Notes: generated by a model not told the origin, from the sequence alone. A stretch of 64,000 nt of DNA from Lama guanicoe (GCA_013239625.1 MU053216.1:312001-376000), one strand, 5' to 3'; numbered from the stretch's first letter, positions 37,038 through 51,019 are shown. Numbers and translations: made by a program.

Positions 37038-38324
37038 CTGGAAATTGAGAAAAGAGAGAAAAGGGCAGATACTGACTACTACTGGTAAAAACTCAGCAGT
37101 GATGAGAAAAAATGGTGCTGCTGTCCTGAAAAAGACTGGACCCACACCAAAAGGGGAGGGAAGGACTGGGGAAAAGGAAAACAATGAACTGGGTTTCCTT
37201 GGAAGATAATGGCAGAGAAAGATCCTCATTCAAGGCAGAAGAGAAGCGATTGTGTCAGAGCTTCAATGAAAACTGCCCACCAAACATCCATGCCCGTCTT
37301 CCAAACAGGCCCAGCCCCCGAAGGACGAAAAGCTGGAAGGAACTTTGAAATAATTCTTTATGATCCACATATCGAATTGAGTCAGCAGCAGCTCTATAGA
37401 AAAAACAGGCACCAAATGGGAAATAAGGTTTAGAAAAGAGCGTCTGGTGCTCAGACACACGTGCTCTGGACAAAACACATTTACACCCCGGGGCCCAAAG
37501 TCATGGACGGTAAACATCATTCCCAGCTGTGAGGCAATGTTACTCAGCGAACACACTACTCACACTGGAGAACCGAACCACGCCGGGGCAGCATGCACAG
37601 GAAATCTCCACTACGCCTGCGACTCCTACGTGAGTCCAAAAATCACCTCGGAGTAGAACATTCAAGGAAACAACAAAACCCACGTGCAGAACTCAGGCTC
37701 ACACTGGGAAGGCTCACACCGAGCTGGGAGCCCTGCTCGGGGATCGAAGCGACCCAGGGACTTGCAGGTGGTGTGTGTGAGCTTTGTGCCTGCAGGGCCC
37801 CCGAGCCAGGCACAGTGCACAGCCCACCCGCCGCCCTGACACGATGCGGAACCCGGGAGGGTGACAGGGCTGATCGGCCCATTGCTCCACCACACAGCTC
37901 TCTCACTCGCTCGCATTTCCCGAAGCCTGGGTTCACGTGCCCTGAGCCACGGCCCACGCAAAGGAACGCACAGGAAAGCGTGTTTTTCTGTCCCACCCTG
38001 CTTACGCAGGAGGCTCTCACCCCACACATGCCTGGTCCTCATCCTCCTCACCCAGACTACTCACCCCTCCTCTGCTAGAGTGAACTAGCGCCTCTTCACG
38101 TGTGTGTGCTGCATGGGTTTTCCCATCCGCAGCCTGTACACAGGCACCAGCGTCACACTAGGCAGAAGGGCGCGTGCAACCAAACCATCAAAGATTTAGA
38201 AGAGGTGCAGGAGGACTGAATTTTGGCATTTGATGAATCTGGAATAAGTATGACTCACCGACCAAGTACCATCCGATGCCAAATGTGTTAGTTCTGTGGG
38301 GTTTTTGCTTTTTAAGAAATATAT

Positions 38325-38416
38325 ATATGTGTATACCTGAATCACCACACTGTACACTAAAAACTAATACTCTTACTGTAAGTCAACTATTTTCAATTTT
38401 AAAAATGGGGGGAGGA
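38325..38416 (+). mobile_element. Severely 5'-truncated L1 3' tip with 11-bp TSD
   Basis: gtatacctgaatcaccacactgtacactaaaaactaa...gtaagtcaactattttcaat (cetartiodactyl-type L1 end) flanked by aagaaatatat at 38314-38324 and 38417-38427. Confidence 0.75.
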
Positions 38417-38768
38417 AAGAAATATATTCCTCCCTGTACTCAAATTTCTTCTGGTCAACGAGGACAAGAAAGGCCACGAGGCGCCCTCCCCTGGGGCCGC
38501 CCACTGGGGAACGCTCTGACTTGAGCACACCAGCCTCCCCTTCCCGACTCCAGGGGCACTGCCAGTTCGCTGCCTTTAACCTGAGCTGCCTGCGGCCGCG
38601 TGGCCATGAGGAGGCGGTGGCGGGACCTGACCACGGGGGTTTCTGGACCTTCTCCTCTGACCCCGAGGGGAGCAGCGCCGGTGCCAAGTCCATGTGCAGC
38701 AGCAGGGCCACCGCTGGTGTGGACGGCCAGCTGCCACAGAAGCTGGACACGCACTGCCCCGGACTCAC

Positions 38769-38843
38769 CACACTCTGCTTCTTCTGGAGTGTCTCCAGGT
38801 GTCCCACGAGACCCTCATCGGCCACGTCGAATGGCGTCTGGCC
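38769..38843 (-). CDS. PPP1R12B: MYPT2 coding exon 6, 75 nt
   Basis: cag|GGC CAG...AGT GTG|gtgagt; GQTPFDVADEGLVGHLETLQKKQSV. Confidence 0.96.
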
Positions 38844-39781
38844 CTGGCAGAGAAAGAAGCCATGACCGATGGAAAGCAGCGGTCATGACCAGTGACTTTA
38901 CCGGAGACAGTGCTCCCCGTGCGCCTCTCACTCTGAGGGCAGCTGCTTCCCCAGCAGCTCTGCCCTACAGCACGACGGTGCCTCCATCCACCACGGAGGA
39001 CGCACCACAAGAAACAGCAAACCCCAGAGTTTCAGGCTTCGTTAAAGTGTGAAGGAAGTCACCACGTCATTTCTGTTTATTGCCTCACGGCAAATAGTCA
39101 ACTGAAGTCCCTACCTGTTCCAAATGCTCTAAACTCTCACAGTAAACTCAACAAGCAACTCTTAGAAGCCAGAAAGGAGGTCTAGGGCGTGTGTGCACCG
39201 AAGATCAAGTCAGGGAGAGAGGGTTGTCTCTGGGGAAACTTGGCACAGTTAAGGACTCCAACCCGTCACCCGAGAATGAAGCCTGGGCTCCGGGGTGGTG
39301 CGGGGCTGACCAAACACCTACTAAGTAAAGAGCCATGTCCCCAGACTCCTACAGAATCAGCAGAGTCAGGGACAGGGGTTGCAGGACTTCCAAACTGCTT
39401 AAAATCAGGCTGAATAGCACTACTTTCAGCTGAACTCAAGGATCTTGTCATAACGATGCTTTTTAATGACTGGATGTGAACAGGGCTCAGCTACTGAAAG
39501 GCTTTCAGTTAAAACCAAACAAGGCGGAATCTCTCGCGTCTCACGGCAGGCAGTGGCCGGGGGCCTCCCCAGCGCTCATCTCTGCCAAGTGCAAACACCT
39601 TTTTCCCTGTTGGTTGTTTTAGGGACTTGACGTGAACAAAATCCGAAGGCCAGGCGAGCAGAGTTTCTCTTACGTGCAGAAAGTCTGTGTGACAGCCAGC
39701 AGGGCCGCAGCCACCAGTGGCCACTCCCCTGGTCTGCCGCCTGCTCAGGGACAGAGAGCCCTCCCGGGCCAGCCAGCTCAC

Positions 39782-39926
39782 CAGCTTGTTCCTGGCGTCC
39801 ATGTCACAGAGCGCCTCCGCCAGGATGGAACAGGCTTCCCTCACGCCCCAGTGCGCAGCAGCGTGGAGGGGCGTCCAGCCATCGAGGTCCTGAACATTGA
39901 GCTCATAGCCAGCCTGGATCAGCAGT
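39782..39926 (-). CDS. PPP1R12B: MYPT2 coding exon 5 (ankyrin repeat), 145 nt
   Basis: tag|A CTG CTG...AAG CTG|gtgag; [48 protein letters not shown]. Confidence 0.97.
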
Positions 39927-40988
39927 CTACGGAGGAACCACACAGACAGCGAGACTCTCTCTGCCACCGTCTCCTGCCAGATGAACTGTCGTCTGAACCA
40001 CCGGCCCTGAGAGCACTTCTGTCCTTCGAGGCACAGCTCAGACTTCAGGTATCACACTGAGAATCAGTCACAGGCAAGTTGGACCACCTCTCCCGTGGCA
40101 CACCCACATTACACACGCAGGGGCAGTGCTTGGAGGGGCATGTCCCTACGTCAGCCGAAGCCTGACCCGACCGTCCGACCCCGCGGCTCTCCTACAAAGC
40201 GTCTCCCAGCTGCCCCCGCAGGGAACGTAAGCACACGGCCCCGCGGGGAGCTTCACCCCCTAGCCTTCCGGGTGGTCTTCCTGCGACACCACGTGTCCAT
40301 GCAGACCCTCTCCTCCAGCTGCAGGGGCTTCTTGCAGGCGACAAAGCTACAGTCTAACTGTGAGTGTGGTGGGGCAGCACCGGGCTGAGCCAGGTGACCT
40401 AGACCTGGGGCAGAGTGACTGCCACCCCAATGCAGGGTGGCTACACCCAGCACACCCACTAGACACCCTGCACCGGGCGGAGCAGGGAGCAGCACAGGAG
40501 TCCGGCAACAGCCAGGCATGTGATGCCGCCGGCAGCCCCCGTGCTGGGGACGCCCACAAACAGGAAACACAGGAGCCACGTGCTGCAGGTGTGGGAGGAA
40601 GGGAAGGCAGCCACCAGGGCAGGAGAGCCCAGCCACCTCCTCAGGGTGGCTGTCTGGACCCAGCTGGACACTGCACACTCAGGACTGGCCTTAATGCAAC
40701 GGGTCCAGAGAGACCACAAGGGTCACAAGTCCACTGTGTCAAGTGTCCCCAGAGGAGCAGGGGTGTGATGATGAACCGCAGGGCTGGGGGCACGTGCAAG
40801 GTCCCCGTGGGCCAGTCCCCTCAGCTGTGCTACGTCACCCATCGGCGAGCAGCAGGGTGGGAGTCAGGGGATGTGTCAGAGCCGGGAACAGCAGACCAGC
40901 ACTCCACAGCTGAGAACCCACCTCACCCCTGCTTCCAACAGCCAGCTCCCCTCCCCCCGGCACCCCCCAGACCCCGTGCGGGCGGCAC

Positions 40989-41148
40989 CTGAGGACTTCA
41001 GAGTAGCCCTTGGCAGCGGCCACATGGAGGGCGGTGGCTCCGGAGCGAGGCTGAGGCACATCCTCGATCTTCCCACGGTTGAGCCACTGGCGGGCGTCCT
41101 GCAGCATCTGCTGTTCCTCCTCCTTCCTCGACTGCTCCAGGTCCACCC
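40989..41148 (-). CDS. PPP1R12B: MYPT2 coding exon 4, 160 nt
   Basis: cag|GG GTG GAC...CTC AG|gtgcc; GVDLEQSRKEEEQQMLQDARQWLNRGKIEDVPQPRSGATALHVAAAKGYSEVLR (within ORF 40835-41275). Confidence 0.97.
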
Positions 41149-42029
41149 CTGCGGAAACCGACAGCCGGCCAGCGTCAGGACAATGCCAGTGTCCCACCTC
41201 ACAGTCTCCTGGAGTCAAACGTGTCACAGATGGAACCACCCACGGCAGTTCAGCCAGGGGCTGGGCACTCTTCACAGAGGAGAGCCGGCCTTACAGATGT
41301 CCTACCAGTCAAACCACTGGTTCACCACCACGTGGCGGCAGGCCCGCCAAGGGCCACACTAACACCGCTCTCTACCGTAAGAACACAGACCTCAGGGATG
41401 CTGCCTTCATACTGCAGGATGTGTACAAAATCCTCTGAATGCTGCACTGTCCAGCCTCCTGAGGTGACAGTAACAGATGTGGCCATCTCCACTTAATGGA
41501 CGAGGAAACGACATAATGGCCCAGTGCCCCGCCCACGCAAGAGCGGCCACCAGAACTCTAGAATCCTCAGTCCCAGTCTGTCCCACTTTTCCCCTCACTA
41601 CACTTTAAGACTGGTATCAGAAATCTTGGTTTCAGGTAAGACAGAGGTGATCAGTTCATGCCCTGAGCAGGGAAGGACGCTGGCTGAAGCTGTACAGCCC
41701 AGAGCCCCAGAGCGGGGCCATGCAGTTAAACTCCCAAGGGAATGCAGGTCTGCTTCCCTTGGAAACACTATGGACGAACTCCAAGGGACCCCTGCAGCCA
41801 ACAGCTCTCCATCTGCGCCAGAGAGAAGGAGCTGAGTGGGCATTCCTACCACGCAGGGTAAGGAGTCTCCTGGCACTGGCCACCCGCCCAGGGAGCCCCA
41901 CACTGGTTAGCAGGCTTCCTCGCAGCTTGGCCAGCTCCGGTCCAGCTCACATCTGGAATGAGAACCTGCGGACCACCTAAGGTCGATCTGTCTGACCTGG
42001 GAGACGGACGGGGTGAAGGAGTAGCTGAT

Positions 42030-45000
42030 TCATTTCATTTCTTAATTTTCACAGCATCACTGAGACATGACCAGAGTATGACACCGTGTAAGTTACAGGT
42101 GCACAGCGTGTTGACCTGGCACACTTGACACCACCCGATGATTATCTTTGTGGAGACACTCAACACCTCCTCACAGAATCACCACTGCTTTTTTGTGGTG
42201 AGGACACTTAAGATCTCCTAGCAGCTCTCGAGTATATAGCACAGTATTGTTAACCACAGTCACTGTGCTGCACCTCAGACCCCTAGGACTTCTGTGTCTT
42301 ATGACTGGAGGTCTGTTCCCTTGGCCAGCGTCTCCCCGGCTCCCCAGCCCTGCAAGCCAACATTCTGCTCTCTGCTTCTCTGAGTCCAGCTTTCCAGCTC
42401 CCACACACCAGCAGCACCACACATGTCGGTCTTCCTCTGTCTGGCTTACTGCACTAAGGACGGCGCCCTTGAGGCCCGTCCACGCAGTTGTGTGCGGCAG
42501 GGCTCCCTTCGCTCTCACGGCTGAGTCATGCCCCATCACATACAGTGTGCGTGTGTGTGTACACACCCCCTCACCTCTTTATCCACTTACGCATACACTG
42601 ACACTCAGGTTGTTTCCATATCTCGACATTGTGAGTGGTGCTGCATTGAACGTGGGGGGCAAATATATTTTGGAGTTAGTGTTTCCATCTCCTTTGGATA
42701 AATATGCAGAAGTGGAGCAGCGGAATCACGTGACAGTTCTATTTTTAATTATTTTACAACCCTCCATGCTGTTCTCCACAGCGGCTGCATCAATTTTCAT
42801 TCCCACCAGCAGTGCACGAGGGTCCCTGTTCTCTGCATCCTCGCCAGCACTTGTCACCTCTCATCTTTCTGAAGACAGCCATTCTGACAGGGGTCAGGGA
42901 GTGCCTCGCTGTGGCTCTGATGTGCATTTTCCTGGTGACCAGTGAAGCTGAGTGTCTCTTCATGTGCCTGCTGGCCATTTCTTCTCCCCAGGGAGTCTTC
43001 TCGGCTCTCTTGCTCAAATGTTAATTGACCATATTTGTGAGGGCTTGTTCTGGGCTCTTCTTTCTGCCCCACAGGTCCACACATCCATTTTTATGCCAGT
43101 ACCGCCCTGTTTTGATTACTATAATTTATAGTCAGGAAGTGTGATGCCTCCAGCGTTGTCTTCTTTGGCTGTTAAGGGTCTTTTGTGATTCCATACAAAT
43201 TTTAGGATTGTGTTTTCTTTCTGTGAAAAATGCCACTGGAATTTTGATAGAAACTGTATTGAATCTACAGATGATTTGGGGTAGTGAATGTGTTAACTAC
43301 ATCAATGCACCTAACCCATTAATCCAGGCTACCCTGCCATCTATTTGCACCTTCCTCAGTGTCTTTCATCGAAGTCTTGGAGTGCGCGGACCTTCTACCT
43401 CCTTGGTTAAGCGTGTCCCGAAGTGTTTACTGTGTTTGACGCTACTGTGAATGGGAATGTCTTATTTACTTTCTTTTCCAGACAGTCTGTCACTGTTGTG
43501 TAGAAACACAACCGATCTCTGTGTATTGACTTTGCATCCTACAACTTCACCACATTTGTTGATGAGTTCTGCAGTACTTCGTGGAGCCTTTAGGATTTGC
43601 TACACATGAGATCACATCATCTGCGAACAAAGATAATGCTGCTTCTTCCTTCCTGACCTGCATGCCTTTTATTTCTTCTCCTTGCCTGGCTGGGACTTGC
43701 AGCACCGCGCTGAGTAAGAGAGGGAGGAGCAGGCACCCTTGTCTTGCTCCTGATCTTCGAGGAAAAGCTTCCACCCTCTCACCACCAAGTGAAATCAGCT
43801 GTGGTTTGTCGTGTGGCCTCTATGACACTGAGGAAAACTCCTCCTACGTGCAGTTTGCTGAGAATTTTTATCATGAAGAGATGTTGTATTTTGTCAAATC
43901 CCCTTTCTGCATCTCCTGAGATGCCTGTGTGGTTTTTACCTGTCACTCTATTAACTGGTGTATCACGTGCACTGATTTGCAGGTGTTGAGCCCACCAGCA
44001 TCCCAGGGGTAAATCCCACCTGCCCACAGCGTGTGCCCTTCCGCTGTGCTGCTGAACTCAGCTGGCCGGTACTGGGTCGAGAGCTCATGCGTCTGCATCC
44101 ACCGGGCACAGTGGCCTGTCTGGCTGTGGGAGCAGGCCATGCTGGCCTTGTGAAATGAGTTTGAAGCGCTCCCTTCCCTTCGATCTTCTGAAAAGTGTTT
44201 GAGAAGGACTGGTATTAATTCTTCAAGTGTTTGACAGAATTCACCAGGGAAACCACCTGGGCCTGGTTTTCCTGTTGTCTGACTGCTGACTCAACCTCCT
44301 TACCTGCTATTGGTCGATCTCCTGTTTCCTCCTGACTCAGCCTTGGCAGGCTGCGTACTTCTCAGGACTCCCCAGTTCCTTCTCGGTTATCCAGGTCGTC
44401 TGCCCACAGCTGTTCAGGAGGCTCTCGTGATCCCGTGTTCTGTACGACTGCAGTTCCGACATCTTCTGCGTTTCTGAGTCTATCCGGTCATCCCTTTTTC
44501 TCGTAGCCTAGCTGAAGTTCGTCAGTTTTGCTTATACTCTCAAAGAAGAGAGATGCTCTCAGTTCCACTGATCTTTTCCATTGTTTTTTTCTGGTCCCAT
44601 TTCAGTTCTGCTCTGATCTTTGTTATTCGGTCCTTCTACTAACTCTGGGCCTATGCTCTTCTTCTTTTTCTAGTTTCTTGACGTGCAAAGTTACGTTACT
44701 TGAGAGCGTTCTTTTTCCTAGTATGGGCATTTATCGCTACAAACTTCCCTCGTAGAACCGCTTTTGCTGACTCTCATAAGTTTTGGTATGCTGTGTTCTA
44801 TTTTTGTTTGTTTCAAGACTTTTTACGTTTTTCTTTTGATTTCTTCCGACCCCTAGGTTGCTCAGCAGCATGTTGCTTAACCTCCACGTATTTGTGGATT
44901 TTCCCATTTTCCTCTTGCTCTTGATTTCCACTTCCACTGGGTGTGACTCCAACCTTCTCAAGTTTGCCAAGACTTGCTCTGTGGCCCACCAGAAGACCTA

Positions 45001-45260
45001 TCCTGGAGAGAGTGGCGCGTGCAGTTGAGAAGGAGGTGTGTTCCGCTGCTGCTGGATGGAGCGCTCCGCACTTCCGTTAGGTCCACTTGGTCTACAGTGC
45101 AGTCCATGTCCAGAGTTCCTCTGCTGATTCTCTGTCAGAGCGAGCTGTCCACTGTGGAGAGCGGGTACTGAGGTCCCTGCCAGCACTGGGCCTGGCAGTA
45201 TGTGCTGTGCACCCGGGCACACCAACGTGGGGGCGTGTGCTGTTAATCCTCCCGATGAAC
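42030..45260 (-). mobile_element. L1 (L1MA9-like), ~3.2 kb, 3' UTR plus broken ORF2
   Basis: RT-domain remnant EAFPRRSGARQGCLLLPLLL...LSLFADDVI (43547-43774); ISGDAERGFDKIQHLFMIKIL (43779-44027); NTWRLSNMLL (44737-44970); L1MA-type 3' UTR at about 42030-42600. Confidence 0.9.
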
Positions 45261-46539
45261 TGAAAGGGGCAAGTGATTTGGGACAGACCAGGATTCCACA
45301 CAGGGAGTTAACAGTGCTGCAAAGTTTAGCTTGCACATGAATACCTCTTCCAACAGAGGATACTCCTGAAGTAAAGAGTCAGAAATTAAAACAAGAAAAA
45401 TTTCTCAAATGAAAACTATTATAAAAATCCCAGTTTGTTTAAGAAAAAAGTTACTTGTAAATTCTGACACCAATCTTAGGCTGAGTGGGAGTTGGTGGTA
45501 AATGAGGCACAAGTTCTTCAGTTCAGCAGGGAGGCAGTAAGGACGAGCAGCTGCCGCTCCGGCGCGTCACCCCCGTAAGTGCCCTGGGGGCTGGCACATT
45601 CTCTATCACAGGCCAGGTACTAGATCCTTCCAGCTCTGCAGGCCATTGGATCTCTCACCGCGACTCAGCTCTGCTGCCGGGGTGCGAATGCAGCTGCGGG
45701 TGAGACGTAAACCAAGGGGTGCGGCCAGAAGTGGGCCTGTCAGTTCTAAAGGGTCACATCTGGAAAGGCCACTGGAGAGAAAGCCTTTGGAACGAACTGC
45801 TGACAGTGGGCAAAGCAGTTTAGCAGGAAGACTGCACATCACTCAAATCATGTCCACAAAGCTTCGTGGTGGTTCTAGCTTCCTGAGACCTGTGCTCCCT
45901 GCGACTGACCAGAGTTATCTGCAACAATTTTTATTAAAAGAACCCAAAGACCTCCAGGAGGAGAACCCTGACCTGCTCTCCAAAATGCATTCCTCTGAAA
46001 ATGTAAAATAAGAAAAAGTGCTTTAGAGTTCATCTTTTAAGACCGCTTCCTTACCGTAACAAACACCAGAATCATCTTTGGTTAGTATGGTTAAAGATCT
46101 CCTCCGTGGCGGTAATAAATGCCGTCACCAACACAACTTCCAGCTCCCATCATGAGAAAAGATGCAGTCATAAACAGACTTTGGCCAATACGCAAACGGA
46201 CAATGCGTCGCCTCCTTTCTTTGGATGTCTCGGCGTGCAGTAAGTCTAGTGCCGTGTACACATGGTGACAGCTGTCCATGCTCCACCTCAGTCTGAGCTG
46301 CATCATCAAAGACGGTCAGGGGCCTGACTCTGCCATGGGGCCTCAGCCTGTGAGCGGCAGGAGTGAGCAAGGACGGGCCATCCTCTGGCGTCGGCCCACT
46401 CCCACGTGAGTGACTGGGAGTGAGCAGGTGGGGGCCTGACGGCCGAGGCTGGGCAGACAGAGCACCCCCTCCTACCGTGATGAAGCCCCACTCAGCACAG
46501 CAGGCACAGCACCGTCTGGGGGTCTTGCCCACAAGTTAC

Positions 46540-46658
46540 CTTGCTTCCTCACGTGCTCCAGAAGAAGGTCCTTCACAGCCGGCTCTTCCGCGAGGTCAGA
46601 GGGGACTTCACCCTCGCTGTTCACAATACCCACACTGGCTCCATGGTTAATGAAATAC
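46540..46658 (-). CDS. PPP1R12B: MYPT2 coding exon 3, 119 nt
   Basis: cag|G TAT TTC...AAG CAA G|gtaac; YFINHGASVGIVNSEGEVPSDLAEEPAVKDLLLEHVRKQ; frame continuous with exons 2 and 4. Confidence 0.97.
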
Positions 46659-49600
46659 CTGTGCAGATGAGACCCAGGATCAGCATAATCTCTGCCAGTC
46701 TAATGCCCACTTACAGCCCTGTATCTGGGGCTCAGGGCAGAGCAAGGCCTCTGCCTTGGAGTTTTTAGTGTTGTCCCAGATAGGGTAGCCTGTTGTTAAT
46801 TCCTGACAACCCCATTAGCCTTCAATGACTCGGGTCAAAAGCATCTGTTTCTTGACAAGAATATTGACTTCAAACAGGATTTCTTTCACGCTGGTACTTC
46901 TAACCCCTCTCCAATTCCCGTGGATAGCAAGAGAACTTTTAAATACCACAAGGGAGACATGCAGCCCTAAAACCCAGCCACCGTCCCTGAAGTCCAAACA
47001 CAAGTTCCAGAGGAGTTATTACACTTGTAATATTGAGAATGAGAGGCCCCAGAAGACATATAAAAAAGTAATTCTCACAAAAACTTTCCCAATGCCACAT
47101 TAAGAGTATATTAAGTACTGCTGGGGAATGAAAACAGAAAAATAAAGGATGAATTTAAATTTGCATGAATCTACCTAAATTATGCTTCCACGGAACTCTC
47201 CCTTCAACCAGCCCTCTACATGAAATCCTCTCTAAGAGGAAACTGAACTGCTGAAGACACGAATTGTTCAAATTCTAAACAGATTCTATACTGAAATACA
47301 ACACCTGATCCCGAAGAAGAACGCTCTGAAAATTTCTACCTCACCTGGATCCTTCTTTTTTTAATTGAAGTACAGAAGATCCTTTTTGATTTCCAAAGCA
47401 CTTTCATGCAGAATTACGTAACGAGCCCTAGACAATTCTATGAGGTAGGCAAGCTGGATGGTGCTGGTCCCACTTTAGGAAACCGAGGGTCATCTGTGTT
47501 GAGGAATTTCCTCAAAACCGCATGGGTGGCAGGTGGCAGAGCTGTGGCCCCAGCCTTCTGACCTCAAGTCTAGCTCATCTCTGCCTATATCACTCTACTC
47601 CGGGGCCAATAAGTAGAATCCCAGTAATGCTGGGGGCTCTACCCAATACCCCAGGGTGTTTAAAGAAGAAAGAAAACTATTTAAATTAGACTCCAACCAT
47701 TCGACGATTCAGTACACATTTACTGGCCCCCTACCATGCTTGAGGTGCCACATCTAGATGCTGTGGGAGATTCTTAAAAGAGAATCGGTATCTGGCCGCT
47801 GTGTTCACAGAGGTGGCAGAGGAGAAAGAGTAAGAGGGTGAGATTAACAGCGTGTTTCTGCTTTCTCACTGCCTACTGCCTGGTAGAGACAGAGCCTCCA
47901 TACATGTTTCCCATCCACAGCTGGGTCCCACATACACAGCGTCAGCTACTTCTCAGCTGTCTCCGTCCCTCCTTTCCAGATGCAGAGTGAGACAGTCTTT
48001 CTCCTCTAAGGTAACCTCCATGTGCACTGAGCCCCAAGGGCAGCCCCTGCCCGCAGGCGCCCGCACTCCCAAACACTCAGCGCCCCTCTTTCTGCCTCTC
48101 CTCTTCAGGTCAAAGAACATTCAACTACACGTCCGTAACCCGGAGACGTCGCAAGGCAGGTATTACACACAGCAAGCACTCAGTAAGAGCACCTGACGTG
48201 CTGATCAAACTGTCCCCAAACACACCCACCCACCAGCTGTCCCCTACGCCCAAGGAGTCTCCTCCAGCTGACCAGACACTGCCCCTTCTCCTTTCGCGTC
48301 TTCCTAGGTCCACGTGACGTGCCCCCGCCCATCCTCACGCCCGCAGTCCTGTCTCCCTCCTTCAACCCTGCACTCCCAGCACCAGTCTGGGCCTCTGTCA
48401 CGACACCCGGCTCAGTCAGGCCAAACGCCCCTGAGGACCACAGCAGCATCTTCCTCGCCAGCGTCACTGCTGTGACATTGACACCGACACCTTGTCTTTT
48501 CTCTTGGCAACCCACAGACACTGCTGGAAATAAGTGGAGTGCCCGAACCCATCTGCTCTGACATCTTCCAACCCCTACGGACCAGGCACACTCTCACCTG
48601 GGTGCACAGACCCTGCGTTCTCTTTCCTGACGTGCTCGCAGGCCCACAGTCAAGACTCGTTTCTAGAAAGGGATCTGGCTCCACACAAATCAGAGAGATT
48701 GTTGTGAAGTAAGGCTATCTTCCTAGACCATTTTCAGGGGGAAAAAAGCAAAAACCTCTTTAGTTGCACACTTTTACCTGAACAAGAATAAATACCAACT
48801 TATGAAGAAATATTTACTTTACTCCTGAGACTCATGCTAAGTTACCCAGAGACGCAGAAACGCTTGTTAGCTTACGAAATATGCCCTTTAGAAAACACAG
48901 CTTTTGGATCCTTCCTAACTCATCACTGAGAGAAGGTCTTCTTGCTACTATTTTAAAACTCAGAATAAGCTAGCACCCAGCAAACTATAAAGCCAAACTA
49001 GGTGCTGCGCCCTCGGGCCAGGCTACTGCTCCTAAGGTTAGCACTTGTGGTGACAGAAACGCAGAACGTCCAGCTGACTGGCAGTAAGCCTGAACTCAAA
49101 GTAAGGGAAAAGTAGTCTCTAACCGCTTTGCGAAAATACGTCACACTGAGTTCAAATATGAGACAAAAACGGTGGTCTTGGAACGAGAGGTAGCAAGCAC
49201 TCCGCCCCCTTCCCGGGAAGCCAGCCTGCCTCCTCTTCATTCACACGCCTTCAGAATTTAGAGTCTCTAATGATTCTAGGAATCCAAGAGTATAAAGTTG
49301 AAGGTCTTTAAGACACAACAAGAATAATGACAAAATGACTAATCTCATCTAAGCACTGCTCACAGGCCCGAAGCAAAGCCACGAAAATGAGTGACGGAAG
49401 CCGGGGGTCTTTTCCTCTGTCTAGAAGGTGGTGCTGCGTGCACAGCCAAGGAGACAGGTGTCTCACGGTGACGTGCATAGCCGGCGGGGGGGGGGGCACC
49501 ACCTCACCCTCGCAAGGGGCTCCGCGTCGGACCACCTTTCCCGGTCAGATTTCTACACGTCTGGTTAGTGGCCATTTGTACAAGGAGACAGTAACACTCC

Positions 49601-51019
49601 CCAATTCACTTCACTCAAGGTAGTATGTATTTGGGCAAAGGACTGTTAAATTTTGAACTTATTTCCGAAGGAACTCTGTCCATCCATAAAGATGAATCAA
49701 AGACACCACTGTTGAAAAAAAAAAAAAAAAGCGTTTTCAGCCATTCTCTGTATTCAGCGTCACAGGAGGAGGAAAGAAAGAGACCCAGGGAGTCCACCAA
49801 CACAAGTGAGCCGGGCTCTGAGCTCGTGCTCTGCTTGTTACCTTCCAGTGAGAAAGAGTGAAATCCTTGGCTGCAATGAGATTTGGAAGCTCAAAAAGCA
49901 CAAGCCACCTGAACAAACAATCAAACAGCCATGACGGGGGGTCAACATGTCCTACAGATGTTTCTCAGGTACGTTTTAAAGTAAAAATTGAGATCTCTGA
50001 GGAAGCCACCTTAACTCTTAGGTGTCTGAATGTTGGACTTAAGCTGAGAGGCGGAGCCCCTCCTGGTGACCTGGGAGGGTCAGCACAGGGAGAGAGGGAG
50101 ACTGGCTCTCTCTGACTCAGAACAGAGCGAAGAACCGAGACTGAAGAGAATGGCACAGGCTTCCTGCTGGCGTGGGTCCCAGCAGTGAGCAGCCCCGTGG
50201 AACAGCCATGCCGCTGCGCCGGCTCCCACGCCCATGTCGGACTCCTCTGGAAGCCCCAGGGCTGCCCACAGCACTCTTCCTGTTTGCTCACCAGGAGGGA
50301 CGGGACAGGCCCCCACTGAACTGAAAAGGGCCTTAAAACAAGCCATCTGATGTTCAAGGGCAACAGAACATCGTGATTCTTATTCAGAGGATTCACCTGA
50401 GCGTGTAAATCCACTCTCACCTGGATGCACTTGATGTCTCATTTCAGAGCTGTCTCAGGGCCAAGGTCTCCCTCCTACCCTGACTACTCATCCCCAACAG
50501 GCGTCACTCAGCAGCTCTGACACCCCAGGCACCCATGCCCACAGGAGGCACGCCCCACTTCTCTGGTGGTTTGGCAGACCGTCCCACTGAGACCTGCGCC
50601 AGCTCTGTGATCAGTGTGCCCAGTGTTTGCCACCCTCATTTGTACCAAGCACTGATTTTTCTTTTTTTAAATAAAACAGCTTCACAAAGAAGTCCAGAAA
50701 ACCCTCCAGGCCTGCCCGCACACGTGTCCAGCTACCGTCGCTCAAAGAGTGAGCCGAGACAGAGCAACAGGCACCAGCCGCCCCACATGTCCCAACAGAC
50801 ACAGGCTACCTGAACCCAGAAGCATGCAAAAATGCCAACTGAACACTCGCATTTAGCAGCTATGTAAAGCCTGGTATCAAGTATTCCTTAAAGATAATTC
50901 AACTTCCTGCTTTTGTAATTTGTAATTAAGAGAGATTGCAACTATGAAATTCAAATTCTTTAGAGCAGACGGGAACTGAAGGCCACCTACAAGTAGCGCA
51001 CGCCCGCACCGAGACTCAC

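Noticed and set aside
42247..42945. 232-aa plus-strand ORF, the longest in the track
   Set aside because: Lies antisense within the L1 3' region and is a typical repeat-derived pseudo-ORF
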